Origin: an uncultured bacterium
GTDB lineage: Bacteria; Omnitrophota; Omnitrophia; Omnitrophales; Aquincolibacteriaceae
Length of the DNA: 64,000 nt
Direction of reading: 5' to 3'
Assembly (NCBI GenBank): GCA_964482725.1
Contig: CAYZYT010000001.1
Location: forward strand, 4,632-68,631
The notes below the pieces were generated by a model. It searched no databases. It was not told where the DNA came from and saw only the letters and a program-made list of their open reading frames with translations. Made by a program: the position numbers and the translations under genes. This document shows, piece after piece, positions 8,893 through 19,000 of this stretch. Each line of letters opens with the position of its first letter. The first letter of the stretch is position 1.

Positions 8893-9891
8893 TCAGTTTT
8901 TTGCGAAACAGTACTGCATGACCTTGAGCGGCTCGTACTCCAACGACAATTGTTTCTTGGAAAATCCTGCGTCCAGGAAAACCTTCTGGAAATCGTCCTC
9001 CGTTCGGTAGACAAGTTCCCAGTCCCCGCCCCATTCCATAAAGTGCCGCGAGGCATTGCTCCATTTATCGCGATAGTTCGAGATGATCAGCATGCCGCCC
9101 GGCGTCAGCAGTTCTTTAAGATTATGGATCAGGCGCGTCGATATTTTTTCGTCCAGATAATCAAAGAGCCCCGTCGAAAAGACCAGGTCGTATTTTTCAG
9201 AAATGTAATTTTTAATATTTTTTGCAAGCGCCAGCTTGATCGCATTTTTCTGGAAGAACCGGACTTGCGACTCATAGGGTTTTGAAACGATCTTCTTTTG
9301 CGCGTAATCAATGGAGTGCTGGTCATGATCCAGACAGTCCACGGTCAAATCCTTCCGGACCTCCGGCGTTTCTTCGAACATCTCCACGATGTCCGTGCAA
9401 GGTCCCGACGCCAAGTCGAGGATCTTCAAATTACGCCCTTTAAATCCCGCGGCAAAACTCGCCAGATGCCTTTTAAAATCCTCCTTGCGGTTCCTCGTCG
9501 CGGTGGAAGCGGCCGTTTTTAAAAAGTAGTTATCCATGCACCGTTCCATCCCGACGGTCGAAGGGTGATTCTTGTAAATTTCGTCAATGATCAGAAAATC
9601 CCCCTGATACCCGAAAGGCTTATCGATCACATGACGGTTGTAGCGCCCCAACCGGATAAAATCGCGACATTTCTCAATAAACAAATGCTTCATCTTGTAG
9701 ATCTTCGCCTCGTCGTTCCCGCACGCCTTCTCAAACTCGGCACACCACAAGAACACGCTATCGAGAGTTGCATCCAGATCTTTCTGAAAGGAGCTCCACT
9801 TCTCGGGGGCTTCATCCAAACTTTTCCGCATGTCGTTCAGTTTCGACCTGTATTGATGCGCCACATTCAAAAAATTCATTTTTTCGCCCAT
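8893..9891 (-). CDS. Class I SAM-dependent methyltransferase (not CheR-type) with a ~130-aa N-terminal extension.
   Basis: Motif I ILDLASGPC. Acidic post-I LDHD. Motif II YDLVFSTGLFDYL. Motif III LTPGGMLIIS. Start overlaps the stop of the upstream receiver gene by 1 nt, and its stop abuts the kinase ATG. Confidence 0.75.
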   Translation of the reverse strand: MGEKMNFLNVAHQYRSKLNDMRKSLDEAPEKWSSFQKDLDATLDSVFLWCAEFEKACGNDEAKIYKMKHLFIEKCRDFIRLGRYNRHVIDKPFGYQGDFLIIDEIYKNHPSTVGMERCMDNYFLKTAASTATRNRKEDFKRHLASFAAGFKGRNLKILDLASGPCTDIVEMFEETPEVRKDLTVDCLDHDQHSIDYAQKKIVSKPYESQVRFFQKNAIKLALAKNIKNYISEKYDLVFSTGLFDYLDEKISTRLIHNLKELLTPGGMLIISNYRDKWSNASRHFMEWGGDWELVYRTEDDFQKVFLDAGFSKKQLSLEYEPLKVMQYCFAKN

Positions 9892-10268
9892 TATCTTTTT
9901 AGAGCTTCGTTGATAGCTTTAAGCAGGACATCCATATCAAAGGGTTTCATAATGTAGGCCACCGGATGCAGCGCTCTCGCCTGCATTTCCTTGCTTTCAT
10001 CCGAATAGCCTGTGATAAAAATCTCCGGAGGCATTTTTGTCTTTTTTTTCTCAAAAACTTCTCTAAGTTTCGTTGCCGTCTGAATGCCGTCAAGCCCGGG
10101 CATACGTATATCCGAGATGATCAGGTCAAAAACCTCTTCCTCGGCTATATCGATCGCATCTTGGCCTCGTTTGGCGACAAACACTTCGAAATCATTTTTT
10201 TCCAAAAGCCTGGAAAAGGTTTTTGTGAGCAGTTCTTCATCATCAATGATGAGGATTTTCTTTTTCAT
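9891..10268 (-). CDS. Single-domain response regulator (receiver).
   Basis: KILIIDDE ... DLIISDIRMPGLDG ... K in MKPF. Confidence 0.85.
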   Translation of the reverse strand: MKKKILIIDDEELLTKTFSRLLEKNDFEVFVAKRGQDAIDIAEEEVFDLIISDIRMPGLDGIQTATKLREVFEKKKTKMPPEIFITGYSDESKEMQARALHPVAYIMKPFDMDVLLKAINEALKR

Positions 10269-10449
10269 TTACGAACTCCGATCGATGGTTGGCAACGGCT
10301 TCTGAGAAAAATAATGCTTCACAGACGATTATCGGATAACTCGGGATAATCCTTAGAGGATTAGCCCCTATAAAACAGCCCTCCCTACCCCTTCCGCGAG
10401 CACGAGAGCCTGACGTTTTTCCCTTTTCGCCAGGTACGGCCTGTGGTTC

Positions 10450-12657
10450 TTACCGCGAAAAGTCAGACGGAAAACGGACGGTAAATGCCGCTCCCTCGCC
10501 CGGGGAGGAAACAACGCTCACGGAAGCGTTATGCCGCTTCAGGATCCCGAAGCTTACGGCAAGACCCAGGCCGGTACCAGCCCCCACGTCTTTGGTGGTG
10601 AAGAAAGGATCGAAGATCTTTTTCTGGTGCTCCGGCGATATACCGCTCCCGTTGTCCGTCACGACCAATTCGACGGCATCGGCAACCTGACGGGTTTCCA
10701 CAAGGATCCTGCCCTGTTTCTTGCCGTTACGGACGGCATCGCGTGCGTTCAAGAGAAGGTTTGTGAGTACCTGATCCAGTTCCCCCGCGATTCCTTTGAC
10801 GGGCGACACATCTCCCAGTTTCATCTCCACTTCGATATTTTCCTGTTGGAACTGGAAACCCAGAAGTGCGCAGGTGCCTTTTACCACATCGCGCAGATCG
10901 ACATCCCTATGAGGCGTTTCTTCTACGGTTTTCCGGGCGTATTTCATAAGCTTCTGTACGATCCCCTGGCAGCGCTTCGCGCCCTCCTCGATCAGATCAA
11001 GAGATTCTAGACTGTCCTCGGTAGCCGTCATCTTGAGGATCTGCGCATTGGTCAAGACCGCCGTCAGCGGATTATTGATCTCATGGGCGACGCCGCCGGC
11101 AAGCGTGCCCAAGGTCGCGAGTTTCTCGGCCTGGATCAGCTGTTCCTGCGTTCTGACGAGCTCCCGGGTCCGATCCTCCACTCGTTTCTCCAGCTCCACA
11201 TTCCACCGCTTGAGCTCATCACTCATCTTCCGGACCTGGGTGTAAAGTTCGTTGATATTCTCGTATTGCATAGAGTTCGAGAAAGCGATCGTCACCGGGA
11301 TCTTGAGTTCGGCAAGGAATTGGATTTCGTTCGACCCATAAGGTTTTAGATTCGCTTTCCGGCCGAGACTCACCACCCCGAGGAGCTTCCCACCCAGGAC
11401 GAGCGGTACCGCGACCAGCCCCTGCGTCAGACGGAAGAATTGTTCGATCTCAAAACGGAACGCCTCCACTTCAGGGTCCGCGCCGACAAGATCTCCCATC
11501 ACGACCGTATCCTTCGATTCGAGCCAGGTCAGGAATGGATGGCCCTTGGAAAAGGGCTTGAGATTACGCAAGCCTTTGGCAATGACAGGGACATACTCAC
11601 CATTTTTCTCATCCAACAGAAAGACCGAAAGGCGACGCACATAAAGCTGGCGGCGGAGCATTCGCGCGAAACTCTGCAGCAGGTCCCGGAGATTTTTCAG
11701 ATGCACCAACTCCCTGGAGAATTTTGTCATGACCGCAATCAGGTTCTTCCTCTGGCGCTGGAACAGATGATCGAGCCGGGGCTGGATGGCGCGAAAATAG
11801 AAATAAAAAGTAATGGCGACAGTGAGGTAATAGAACATAGAGCTCCAGGCGGACGATGGGTCCCGAAGGCTCTGGGTCCAGTAGATAAAAGCAGCGAAAG
11901 GGATGATGGCTGCGATCGTCGTCACCATCCACATGAGCGTCTTGTGGATGACAGTCTCGATATCCATGGCCCGATACCGGATGATCGCGTAGGCCACAAC
12001 CAGGATCCAGAAAAAAACCGCGAGAAAACCGAGCGGGAGAACGGAATAGTAAATGAATTTCGGCAGATAATCGAACGCTCCCAAAAAAGCTACAAGGAAG
12101 CCGATCGTGATCAATCCAATCTGGGTGCGGCGCACGCCCTTCGGCTCTTTGAAAAACGCACTAAAAAAATTGTAGAACGCACAGACGAGCACCAGAAAAA
12201 AGAAACCCAAGAAGTAGCGATTCAGGGGGCCGTAGACGGGATAAAAACCCCAGAAGTAACGAGTGACGCCCGGAAAACTGAGCGGGGAGAAAAGCCCGAC
12301 GATATAAAAAGCCGTACCAAAGAAAAGCCCGGTCCGGATCGCAACCTTTTGTCTCTTGAAGAGTCCGAGCCATGTCGCTGAGAAGTAATGTGTGCACGGA
12401 GCGATCAGGGCTACCCCCAAGAATGTCACCGTCCGATAGACCGCTAGCGCGATCTCCGGAGTACTCGCCGCATAAGTTCCGGCGATCCCGAGGAACCACA
12501 AGAAACCGCAGACACCGATCAGGAAAAACGAGAAATTAACACGCGAGCGCTTGTTCTGCAGGAGGATGAATATCCCGATCAAGAGCATCAGGATCCCGAC
12601 CGCCAGGACAGGAATCGCGTACCAGTTGAAATGAAAAGCGCGGATCAAAGTCGCCAT
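10450..12657 (-). CDS. Sensor histidine kinase, paralogous to 6555-8891: multi-TM N-terminal domain, GAF-like, HisKA (HEINNPLTAV), HATPase_c.
   Basis: Motifs read from the translation. Start placed at MATLIRAF (12657). The ORF-track extension to 12717 translates the heptad-repeat element. Confidence 0.85.
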   Translation of the reverse strand: MATLIRAFHFNWYAIPVLAVGILMLLIGIFILLQNKRSRVNFSFFLIGVCGFLWFLGIAGTYAASTPEIALAVYRTVTFLGVALIAPCTHYFSATWLGLFKRQKVAIRTGLFFGTAFYIVGLFSPLSFPGVTRYFWGFYPVYGPLNRYFLGFFFLVLVCAFYNFFSAFFKEPKGVRRTQIGLITIGFLVAFLGAFDYLPKFIYYSVLPLGFLAVFFWILVVAYAIIRYRAMDIETVIHKTLMWMVTTIAAIIPFAAFIYWTQSLRDPSSAWSSMFYYLTVAITFYFYFRAIQPRLDHLFQRQRKNLIAVMTKFSRELVHLKNLRDLLQSFARMLRRQLYVRRLSVFLLDEKNGEYVPVIAKGLRNLKPFSKGHPFLTWLESKDTVVMGDLVGADPEVEAFRFEIEQFFRLTQGLVAVPLVLGGKLLGVVSLGRKANLKPYGSNEIQFLAELKIPVTIAFSNSMQYENINELYTQVRKMSDELKRWNVELEKRVEDRTRELVRTQEQLIQAEKLATLGTLAGGVAHEINNPLTAVLTNAQILKMTATEDSLESLDLIEEGAKRCQGIVQKLMKYARKTVEETPHRDVDLRDVVKGTCALLGFQFQQENIEVEMKLGDVSPVKGIAGELDQVLTNLLLNARDAVRNGKKQGRILVETRQVADAVELVVTDNGSGISPEHQKKIFDPFFTTKDVGAGTGLGLAVSFGILKRHNASVSVVSSPGEGAAFTVRFPSDFSR

Positions 12658-12677
12658 AAGAACCCGCAAAGATCGGG

Positions 12678-12780
12678 GACCGGAGACCGGAGACCCGAGA
12701 CCAAAGACTGCAAACAAAAAACTAAAATCCTTAGACTTGTGGCTGCTATCTGTGGTCGGGGGTCTGTCGTCTGTCGTCTC
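12678..12780. repeat. REP-like element: heptad arrays 12678-12710 (GAGACCG GAGACCC GAGACCA AAGACTG) and 12754-12780 (inverted). The right arm overlaps the stop codon of the SRPBCC-AAR gene.
   Basis: Read directly. Confidence 0.55.
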
Positions 12781-14365
12781 ATGTGTTGACCTTTAGAGCC
12801 TTGACTTCCTCATCCGTTACAAGACGATGCCCCCAAAAAAAAGGCGCGAGGTCGAAGCCGTGCTTACGGGCCAGTCCCAGGATCTCCGTCATTTTGGGCT
12901 GCGTGATATTCCCTTTCCCCCAGGAGAAATTCTCGTACCGCTCTTCGAGAGCCAGCACGATCGCTTCTGAAAAACAGCCGTAAAGAACATTCGAGGACGG
13001 GAGACCGATATCAAAACCTGCATTGAATTCTTGAGGTAAGGAGCAAATACCTCCCGAAAAGATCAGGATGTCTTGGCGGTCACAGTCCCGGTAAGAGATA
13101 TTCTTCGGGTATCCGATGTCGCAGACGATGGCGCCCGGCTTAAAATTCGCGATATCAAGGATCGAATGCGAAACACTCGCCGCGGCGATCACGATATCCG
13201 CGTCTCGAACCGCTTCGTTATTGTCATGCATCCCGTGGAATTTCGCCTTTCCGAACATCGTGATGACCTTGCTCATATGCTCCAGGCTCTCACCGCTCCG
13301 GCTCGTAATGACGAGATCGCTTACCTTATCCGCCAGCGCTCGTGCGCAGGCGCTGCCGATATCCCCCGCCCCTCCAATCACCGTGACTTTGGCCGTTGAG
13401 AGGTCCAGCCCCCGGAGTCGCGCGGCTTTTAGAACCCCTTCCACCGCCAATGCCGCGGTTAAGGTGTTCCCCGTCGTGACCGGTATATTGATAAGCTTTT
13501 TGAATTCTTCTCCGTATTTTTCTCCGGCGATCGAGGTAAAACCTCCGAGCGCCACGATCCCGAGGCCAAGCTTTTCCGCCACTTTGCAGGACTCCACAAC
13601 CTTCATCACTCCTTTTTGCATATCCTTGTCAAGAAGGTCTGGAATGATATTGCACGCGATGAACGCCCCGCGGGTCGTCTTGCCGCTGGAGCCCCGGAAC
13701 TCCTTCACGTCATAGGAAACATAGGAAGGGACAAGATCAAAGATCTTGGCCAGAAATTCCTCGGAAGGGACTTTCATGTCGGGTTTGAAGGATTGAAAGT
13801 ATTTAATCAGATGATTCAGATTATAGGGATGGCCGATCACCCCGAAGCCCCGGACATCGCTGATCCGCCGATCGCCGATCTTATGATAACGACGCTCGGT
13901 CAGGATCCCTTCGAAAGCTTGAAGCATGGAATCGAAGTTCCTTTTGACGCGCTCGGCAAGAGCTCCCCCGATGATCGTCTCAAGCACCGGGATCCCCAGA
14001 CTCACTCTCGCATCGACCCGAACCTCCGTCCCGCCCGCGGGATGCTCCGTCAGATGCCACTCGCCTTCGAATGTTTCAAGATCTCCATCTATGGCCTTGA
14101 AGCGGATAATAAAGTGATGAAAATCAAAGGTCTCTTCTTCTTTCCAGGAGATCGGGATACGTCCCATTTCGACTTTCCACGCAGTCACGACCTTGGTACG
14201 ACTGTGGCTCAGGACACGGCACTCCGTAACGTTTGGCATGATCCGAGGGAAGTCCTGAACACGCGTAAGGAGGCGCAGCACTTGCCAGCGCTTGGCGGGC
14301 AATATACGGCTCGCGGTCACGGCATAAACGCCGTCCTTTTTTTCCATTGGGGATGCCCCCTCCAT
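12779..14365 (-). CDS. Fusion protein: N-terminal SRPBCC (polyketide cyclase/START-like ligand-binding) domain (~170 aa) plus a full-length acyl-ACP reductase (AAR)-family NAD(P)-dependent dehydrogenase.
   Basis: The C-terminal two-thirds shows the blocks conserved in cyanobacterial acyl-ACP reductase: ALGGFTSI, TTGNTLTA, VTVIGGAGDIGSA, DIGYPKN, NFSWGKGNIT, ARKHGFDLAP. The N-terminus has the Polyketide_cyc2-like pattern. Confidence 0.7.
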   Translation of the reverse strand: MEGASPMEKKDGVYAVTASRILPAKRWQVLRLLTRVQDFPRIMPNVTECRVLSHSRTKVVTAWKVEMGRIPISWKEEETFDFHHFIIRFKAIDGDLETFEGEWHLTEHPAGGTEVRVDARVSLGIPVLETIIGGALAERVKRNFDSMLQAFEGILTERRYHKIGDRRISDVRGFGVIGHPYNLNHLIKYFQSFKPDMKVPSEEFLAKIFDLVPSYVSYDVKEFRGSSGKTTRGAFIACNIIPDLLDKDMQKGVMKVVESCKVAEKLGLGIVALGGFTSIAGEKYGEEFKKLINIPVTTGNTLTAALAVEGVLKAARLRGLDLSTAKVTVIGGAGDIGSACARALADKVSDLVITSRSGESLEHMSKVITMFGKAKFHGMHDNNEAVRDADIVIAAASVSHSILDIANFKPGAIVCDIGYPKNISYRDCDRQDILIFSGGICSLPQEFNAGFDIGLPSSNVLYGCFSEAIVLALEERYENFSWGKGNITQPKMTEILGLARKHGFDLAPFFWGHRLVTDEEVKALKVNT

Positions 14366-14537
14366 GATGTCCTAAGGCAATTCTAGCGTCAGGACGCTCT
14401 TACATTATCGGCCGGAGTTGGGGTCTTTTAACCCTGGATTGCAACATCTCATTGGAAGAGGGTTGCAGGGGGGGGGCCTTGTAAAACTCGAGTTTGTAAG
14501 GAGATGAGCGGAGTCGAGGTCCTACCTTCGTAGACAA

Positions 14538-14577
14538 AAAAACGGCCCCGCTTTTTCAAGCGGAGCCGTTTGAAACC
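14538..14577 (-). terminator. Rho-independent terminator for the 14599-15207 gene. Minus-strand hairpin cggctccgc-ttgaaaaa-gcggggccg followed by a T7 run.
   Basis: Read directly. 9-bp GC-rich stem with 1 mismatch plus U-tract, 20 nt downstream of the stop. Confidence 0.6.
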
Positions 14578-14598
14578 ATTTCTCCAAAAACGCCTCGT

Positions 14599-15207
14599 TT
14601 ATTGCTTCGAGAGCGTGATCTGGTCGAGCAAAATACTGCCGGTCTTCGGACTGGAGTTGATATCGTCGAAGACGAAAACGAGCTCGTTCAAAGAGTTCCA
14701 GTTCTCAATACGCCGGAACTTTTCGAATGGGATCGAGATCTTCTGCCACTGGTCCGTGACGCCGCTCACGATATAAGCGGAAGGCTTGTTCGTCATGTCC
14801 TTAAGCTCGATCTTGAAGCGCTTGGTGTAACCGACCTTGGCATCACCCTTGACGTAGAAATTCAGGGTGTTGTAAGCCGTCGCATCCTCGCCATTCAGCT
14901 TCATCCAGAAACCATTGTAAGCCGGATTCGGAGAATCCACATCGTAATCGAGGCGGATCGCATAGCCGGAAGCATCCCCTTGGCTATCATCCGTATCGAA
15001 AGACATCTGGGTTCCCTGGGACTCATCGTTCGGATCCTTGTCCCATCCACCGAAATCACCGCCGATATTATTCGGCTTGTCCCCGGTGTCAAAATCCGCG
15101 ATCACAAGCTCGTTCGATGCGGGAGCGGCCGCATAAGCGGAAACTCCAAAACCGACAACCATCAACGCAACGAGCGCTAACGTTAAACTGATGTTAAACT
15201 TCTTCAT
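14599..15207 (-). CDS. Secreted protein with a beta-sandwich carbohydrate-binding-module-like (CBM/CIA30-like) domain.
   Basis: Signal peptide MKKFNISLTLALVALMVVGFGVSAYAA. Aromatic and acidic-rich beta-strand pattern. Family assignment is tentative. Confidence 0.45.
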   Translation of the reverse strand: MKKFNISLTLALVALMVVGFGVSAYAAAPASNELVIADFDTGDKPNNIGGDFGGWDKDPNDESQGTQMSFDTDDSQGDASGYAIRLDYDVDSPNPAYNGFWMKLNGEDATAYNTLNFYVKGDAKVGYTKRFKIELKDMTNKPSAYIVSGVTDQWQKISIPFEKFRRIENWNSLNELVFVFDDINSSPKTGSILLDQITLSKQ

Positions 15208-15432
15208 TTTCGTGTTACTCCTTTCGTGAAATGATACTGTTTGGCGAGGGTCAGAATGAAGTATACCCTTTTAAAAAGATAAAGACAAGGGGTGCGGCAA
15301 AAAAAGTTACCTGTTCCTGAATTCTTCCAAAATGACGGCTCAATCCTCATTCGCCTGGATGGATCTTATCGAAAGCCATCACCCACGGACGCTGCAACTC
15401 ATTACTCTAAAAAGGCTTACAGAAACTCCGGG

Positions 15433-16032
15433 TCAAATCTTGGAGAAAGAATCGAGAACCATTTTCATCTCATCGGCCTTCCGGCGAACATCTTCCGAGG
15501 GAGCACTCTTCTGAAAATCACTAACCTTCATCTTGAGCTCGGAAATTTTGTCCTGCTCCACGCGCAGGCGTCTCAGGATGATATTAATATCATGGGCCAT
15601 ATCATGGAAGAAGTCCCCTTCGCGAAGCTTGATGTCTGCGGGCATTTCCCCGCGATTCACTTTAAGCAAGGTCTGGCGGAAACGGTAAACCGGGCCGGCC
15701 ACACGATGCAAAAAGACCACGCCATAAGCACCGATAATGATCAGCGTGAGGATCAAGACCAACGTCACGCGAATGATAATCGAATAGCTTACATCGTAAA
15801 GGATCTCCGATGGATTGATCTTCCCGAAAGTAAACGCACCCCCGAAGGCCGCATCGCGAATGGTCTGATGGATGACCCAAGCGACCGCCGCCGAGGCGAC
15901 CATAAAAAGAGCGATCAGCATAAACGAGAATTCCCGCTGCATCGGACGGTGAATGATGAGATTCTTCACCTGCCGTTTGTAGGGGCGATGGGGCACGGCG
16001 ACCTGGGCTTGCACGTTCACTTTTGTTTCCAT
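15433..16032 (-). CDS. Membrane protein with 2 TM helices and a HAMP signalling domain.
   Basis: TM helices, then the HAMP-like VAGPVYRFRQTLLKVNRGEMPADIKLREGDFFHDMAHDIN. Preferred over the overlapping plus-strand ORF 15292-16071, which looks antisense. Confidence 0.55.
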   Translation of the reverse strand: METKVNVQAQVAVPHRPYKRQVKNLIIHRPMQREFSFMLIALFMVASAAVAWVIHQTIRDAAFGGAFTFGKINPSEILYDVSYSIIIRVTLVLILTLIIIGAYGVVFLHRVAGPVYRFRQTLLKVNRGEMPADIKLREGDFFHDMAHDINIILRRLRVEQDKISELKMKVSDFQKSAPSEDVRRKADEMKMVLDSFSKI

Positions 16033-16086
16033 GTGGATCTCCTTTGTCCGCCCCTCAAGGAACGGAAGTAATGTTCTTTGTTAAAA

Positions 16087-19000
16087 TTAATGACTCTGGA
16101 CCGCTTTATGCACTGATAAAACCCGCACCTTTTCAGATGCGCCCGAAAAAAAAGCCCTAAAAATTTCCCGGATATCGTCGGTGATCATCACAAGCGCCGG
16201 AAGAACAAAAAGGATCAGAATGGTCGAACTGATCAACCCCCCGATGATAGTCACCGCCAGAGGTGACCAGAGATCGCTCGCCTGTCCAAAGCTCATGGCC
16301 ATAGGCAGAAATCCTAGGATGGCCGCGATCGCGGTCATAAGAATGGGCCTCAGCCGGTCGACGCCCGCTTGAATAAATCTCTCTTTTTTGCTTTGATCCT
16401 CAGGTAAATGGAGGGCATGATCCACCAGGAGGATCGCCGCATTCACCGAATAGCCCGCCAACATGATCATCCCGATAAAAACTTGCGTGCTGAGAGGTTT
16501 ACGCGTGATCGCAAGGGCGATCCATATCCCGATAAAATTGAGCAAGATCTTGATCATGATCAGGAACGGATAGAGATAATTCTCGAATAAACAGGCCATG
16601 ACCATATAGACCAGAAAAACCGTGATCAGAAGAGCCACCGCAAGCTGTCCTTTGCTTTCCAGAAGTTCCTCGAACCCGCCGCCGAAACGCCAATAGTAGT
16701 CATCCGGAAGCTTCACATCCTGCAAGACTTTTTTGACATCGGCCGCGATCTTTTCGATCGGTCGCTTCACATCCCCTTTGACGAAAACATAACGATGTTT
16801 GTCTCTGCGATCAATGCTCTGGGGACCGGTCGAAGGGTAGAAGTTCGCGATCTCGCTCAAAAGGACTTGCCTCGATTCCCGGGTCTGGATATAGACCTGC
16901 CCCAGGTCATCGAGCTTTTGCCGGTAAATAGCCTGAAGCCGCGTGATGGTTTCGATCTCTTCGCCTTTGGAAAGTTCGTGAAATTTCGTAGGCCTCATGC
17001 CGCGAACCTGAGCATGCATACTGTCTGCCACCGTCTTGACGCTCAGCCCATACATCGCGGACTTGCCTTTATCCACGACGAGCGAATACTCCGGCCGCTT
17101 GCGAAGGTCTGTCATGACCAGATTCGCCAAACCGTCCACCTTCGACATCTTGTTGGCAAATTCCTTGGCGAGTTTTTCAAGCTCATCCCCATCCTGGCCA
17201 TAGATATTCACGATGAGTTTTTTCTGCTCAGAGGAACCGGCCCCCTCATCCACGATCAGGCTGTAATCGCTATGGATTTCTTTGACCGCCGCGTTCCCCT
17301 GTTCATCGATGAGCTTCATGATCTCGTCTTTGGAGAACTGGCGTTTGCGAGCGGGCTTTAACCGGACAAAAAGCCGGAGGTCGTCCTTCGAAACCGTCGT
17401 AGAAAAGAGCGTGATATCCGGGATCTTCGAGAGGATCCCTTCGAGCTTTTTCATGGCTTGATCGTTGGACTCCAGGCGCGCGCCGGCCAACGGGAACGTG
17501 ACAACCGCGAATTCGTTCTCTTCAAAAGACGATGGCCAATCGATCGGTGTGCGGGCCAACATATAGATGGCCAGAAAACAGAGGCCAAAAACCACGGGCA
17601 CGACCCTCCATCGCCAGGTAATACACCAGCGAATGGCATTCACATATTTTTCCCGCGCCTTATCGATAAAAGAGCTTGAGGTGTCTTTGTGGTGCGCATT
17701 CAGGGCTGCGATCCCGAACTGGCGAATGAGCATCGGGATCAACATGAGCGCCGAAAAAAAAGATGCAATGAGAGAAATGCTGATCGTGAAAGCAAATCCT
17801 CCATAGGTGAGCTGAACGGTCTTATCGATAAAAATGATCGGCATGAACACCACGAGCATCGTGAGGAGCGACGTCAAAAGCGGAAGCCAAACTTCTTCGC
17901 TCCCTTCCCGAATGGCCTGAGCGTCCCCGAAACCGCGCTCTTTTTTAGAGAAAATGTTTTCCATGATCACGACCGCGGTGTCGATCAGGATACCGATCGC
18001 AAGCGACAACCCGCTCAAGGTCATGACATTGATACTGATCCCAAGCGCCGCCATAAAAATGAACGTCGCGATCAAAGAACATGGGATCACGACCAGAATG
18101 ATCGCCGCCAGCACCCAATTGCGTATAAAAACATAGATAACGCCCATGGTCAGCACCAGCCCCAAATAGAGCGCTCCCTTCACGTCATCGATAGCACGCG
18201 CGATCGTTTCGGCCCGATCATTCACGAGCACGACCTTCACATTCTCTTTATGCTCCCGCTCAAACGAATCCAGAACCTGATTAAGATCCTTCGCAACATC
18301 CAAGGTATTGGACATACTGGATTTTTTTACATAGACCGTGACATTCTGCTCCAGGTTCAAACGCGCCTGATCCGTAGCCTCGAGATAAGAGTCCTTGATC
18401 GTCCCGATCTCCTTCAGAGGAATGATGGATCCCTGACGAGTGGCCTTCACGCCAATGTCCCCCACCTCGTCCACCGTGAGAAAAGAACCCATGCTCCGGA
18501 CCGCGTACTCGAACTTTCCGGTCTCAACGTTCCCGGCCAAAAGATTGATGTTGCTCTGGCCCAGGACGTCCATCACCCGTTCGATCGAGATGTTATAAGC
18601 CACCATCTTGTCGCGGTCGAGCTCCACCAGGATCTTCCGTTCACGCCCGCCATAGACTTCCACGCTCGCCACCCCATCCACACGGCTGATGACCGGTTTA
18701 AGCTTGATATCCACCATCTCACGGATCTCTTCCGGGGACATGTTCTGAGAAGTCACCGCGAACACCATAATGGCGGCCTGAGCATCATCGTAATTGGCGA
18801 TGACGGGCTTTTCAATTTCCTTGGGGAGCAGGGGCTTGACGCGCGCAAATTTTTCACGGACTTCGAGCGCGGCAAACTTCATATCCGTACCGGGATCAAA
18901 CTCCATGGTCACGCGGGACTCCGCTTCACGCGAACTCGAGTAGAGACCTTTCATATGACTCACGGTACCGATGGCTTCTTCGATGGGTTTGGTGATCATC

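Noticed and set aside
8891-9056. ORF-track start of the histidine kinase at 9056 (55-aa N-terminal extension MPRGTLWNGAG...).
   Set aside because: The extension overlaps the upstream methyltransferase gene by 164 nt and is not membrane-like. The internal ATG at 8891 abuts the methyltransferase stop and precedes the first TM helix.
15292-16071. 259-aa plus-strand ORF overlapping the minus-strand HAMP protein gene.
   Set aside because: The minus-strand product has TM helices and a HAMP motif. The plus-strand translation is compositionally odd (His/Asp/Arg-rich) and has no domain, so it was treated as antisense artefact.
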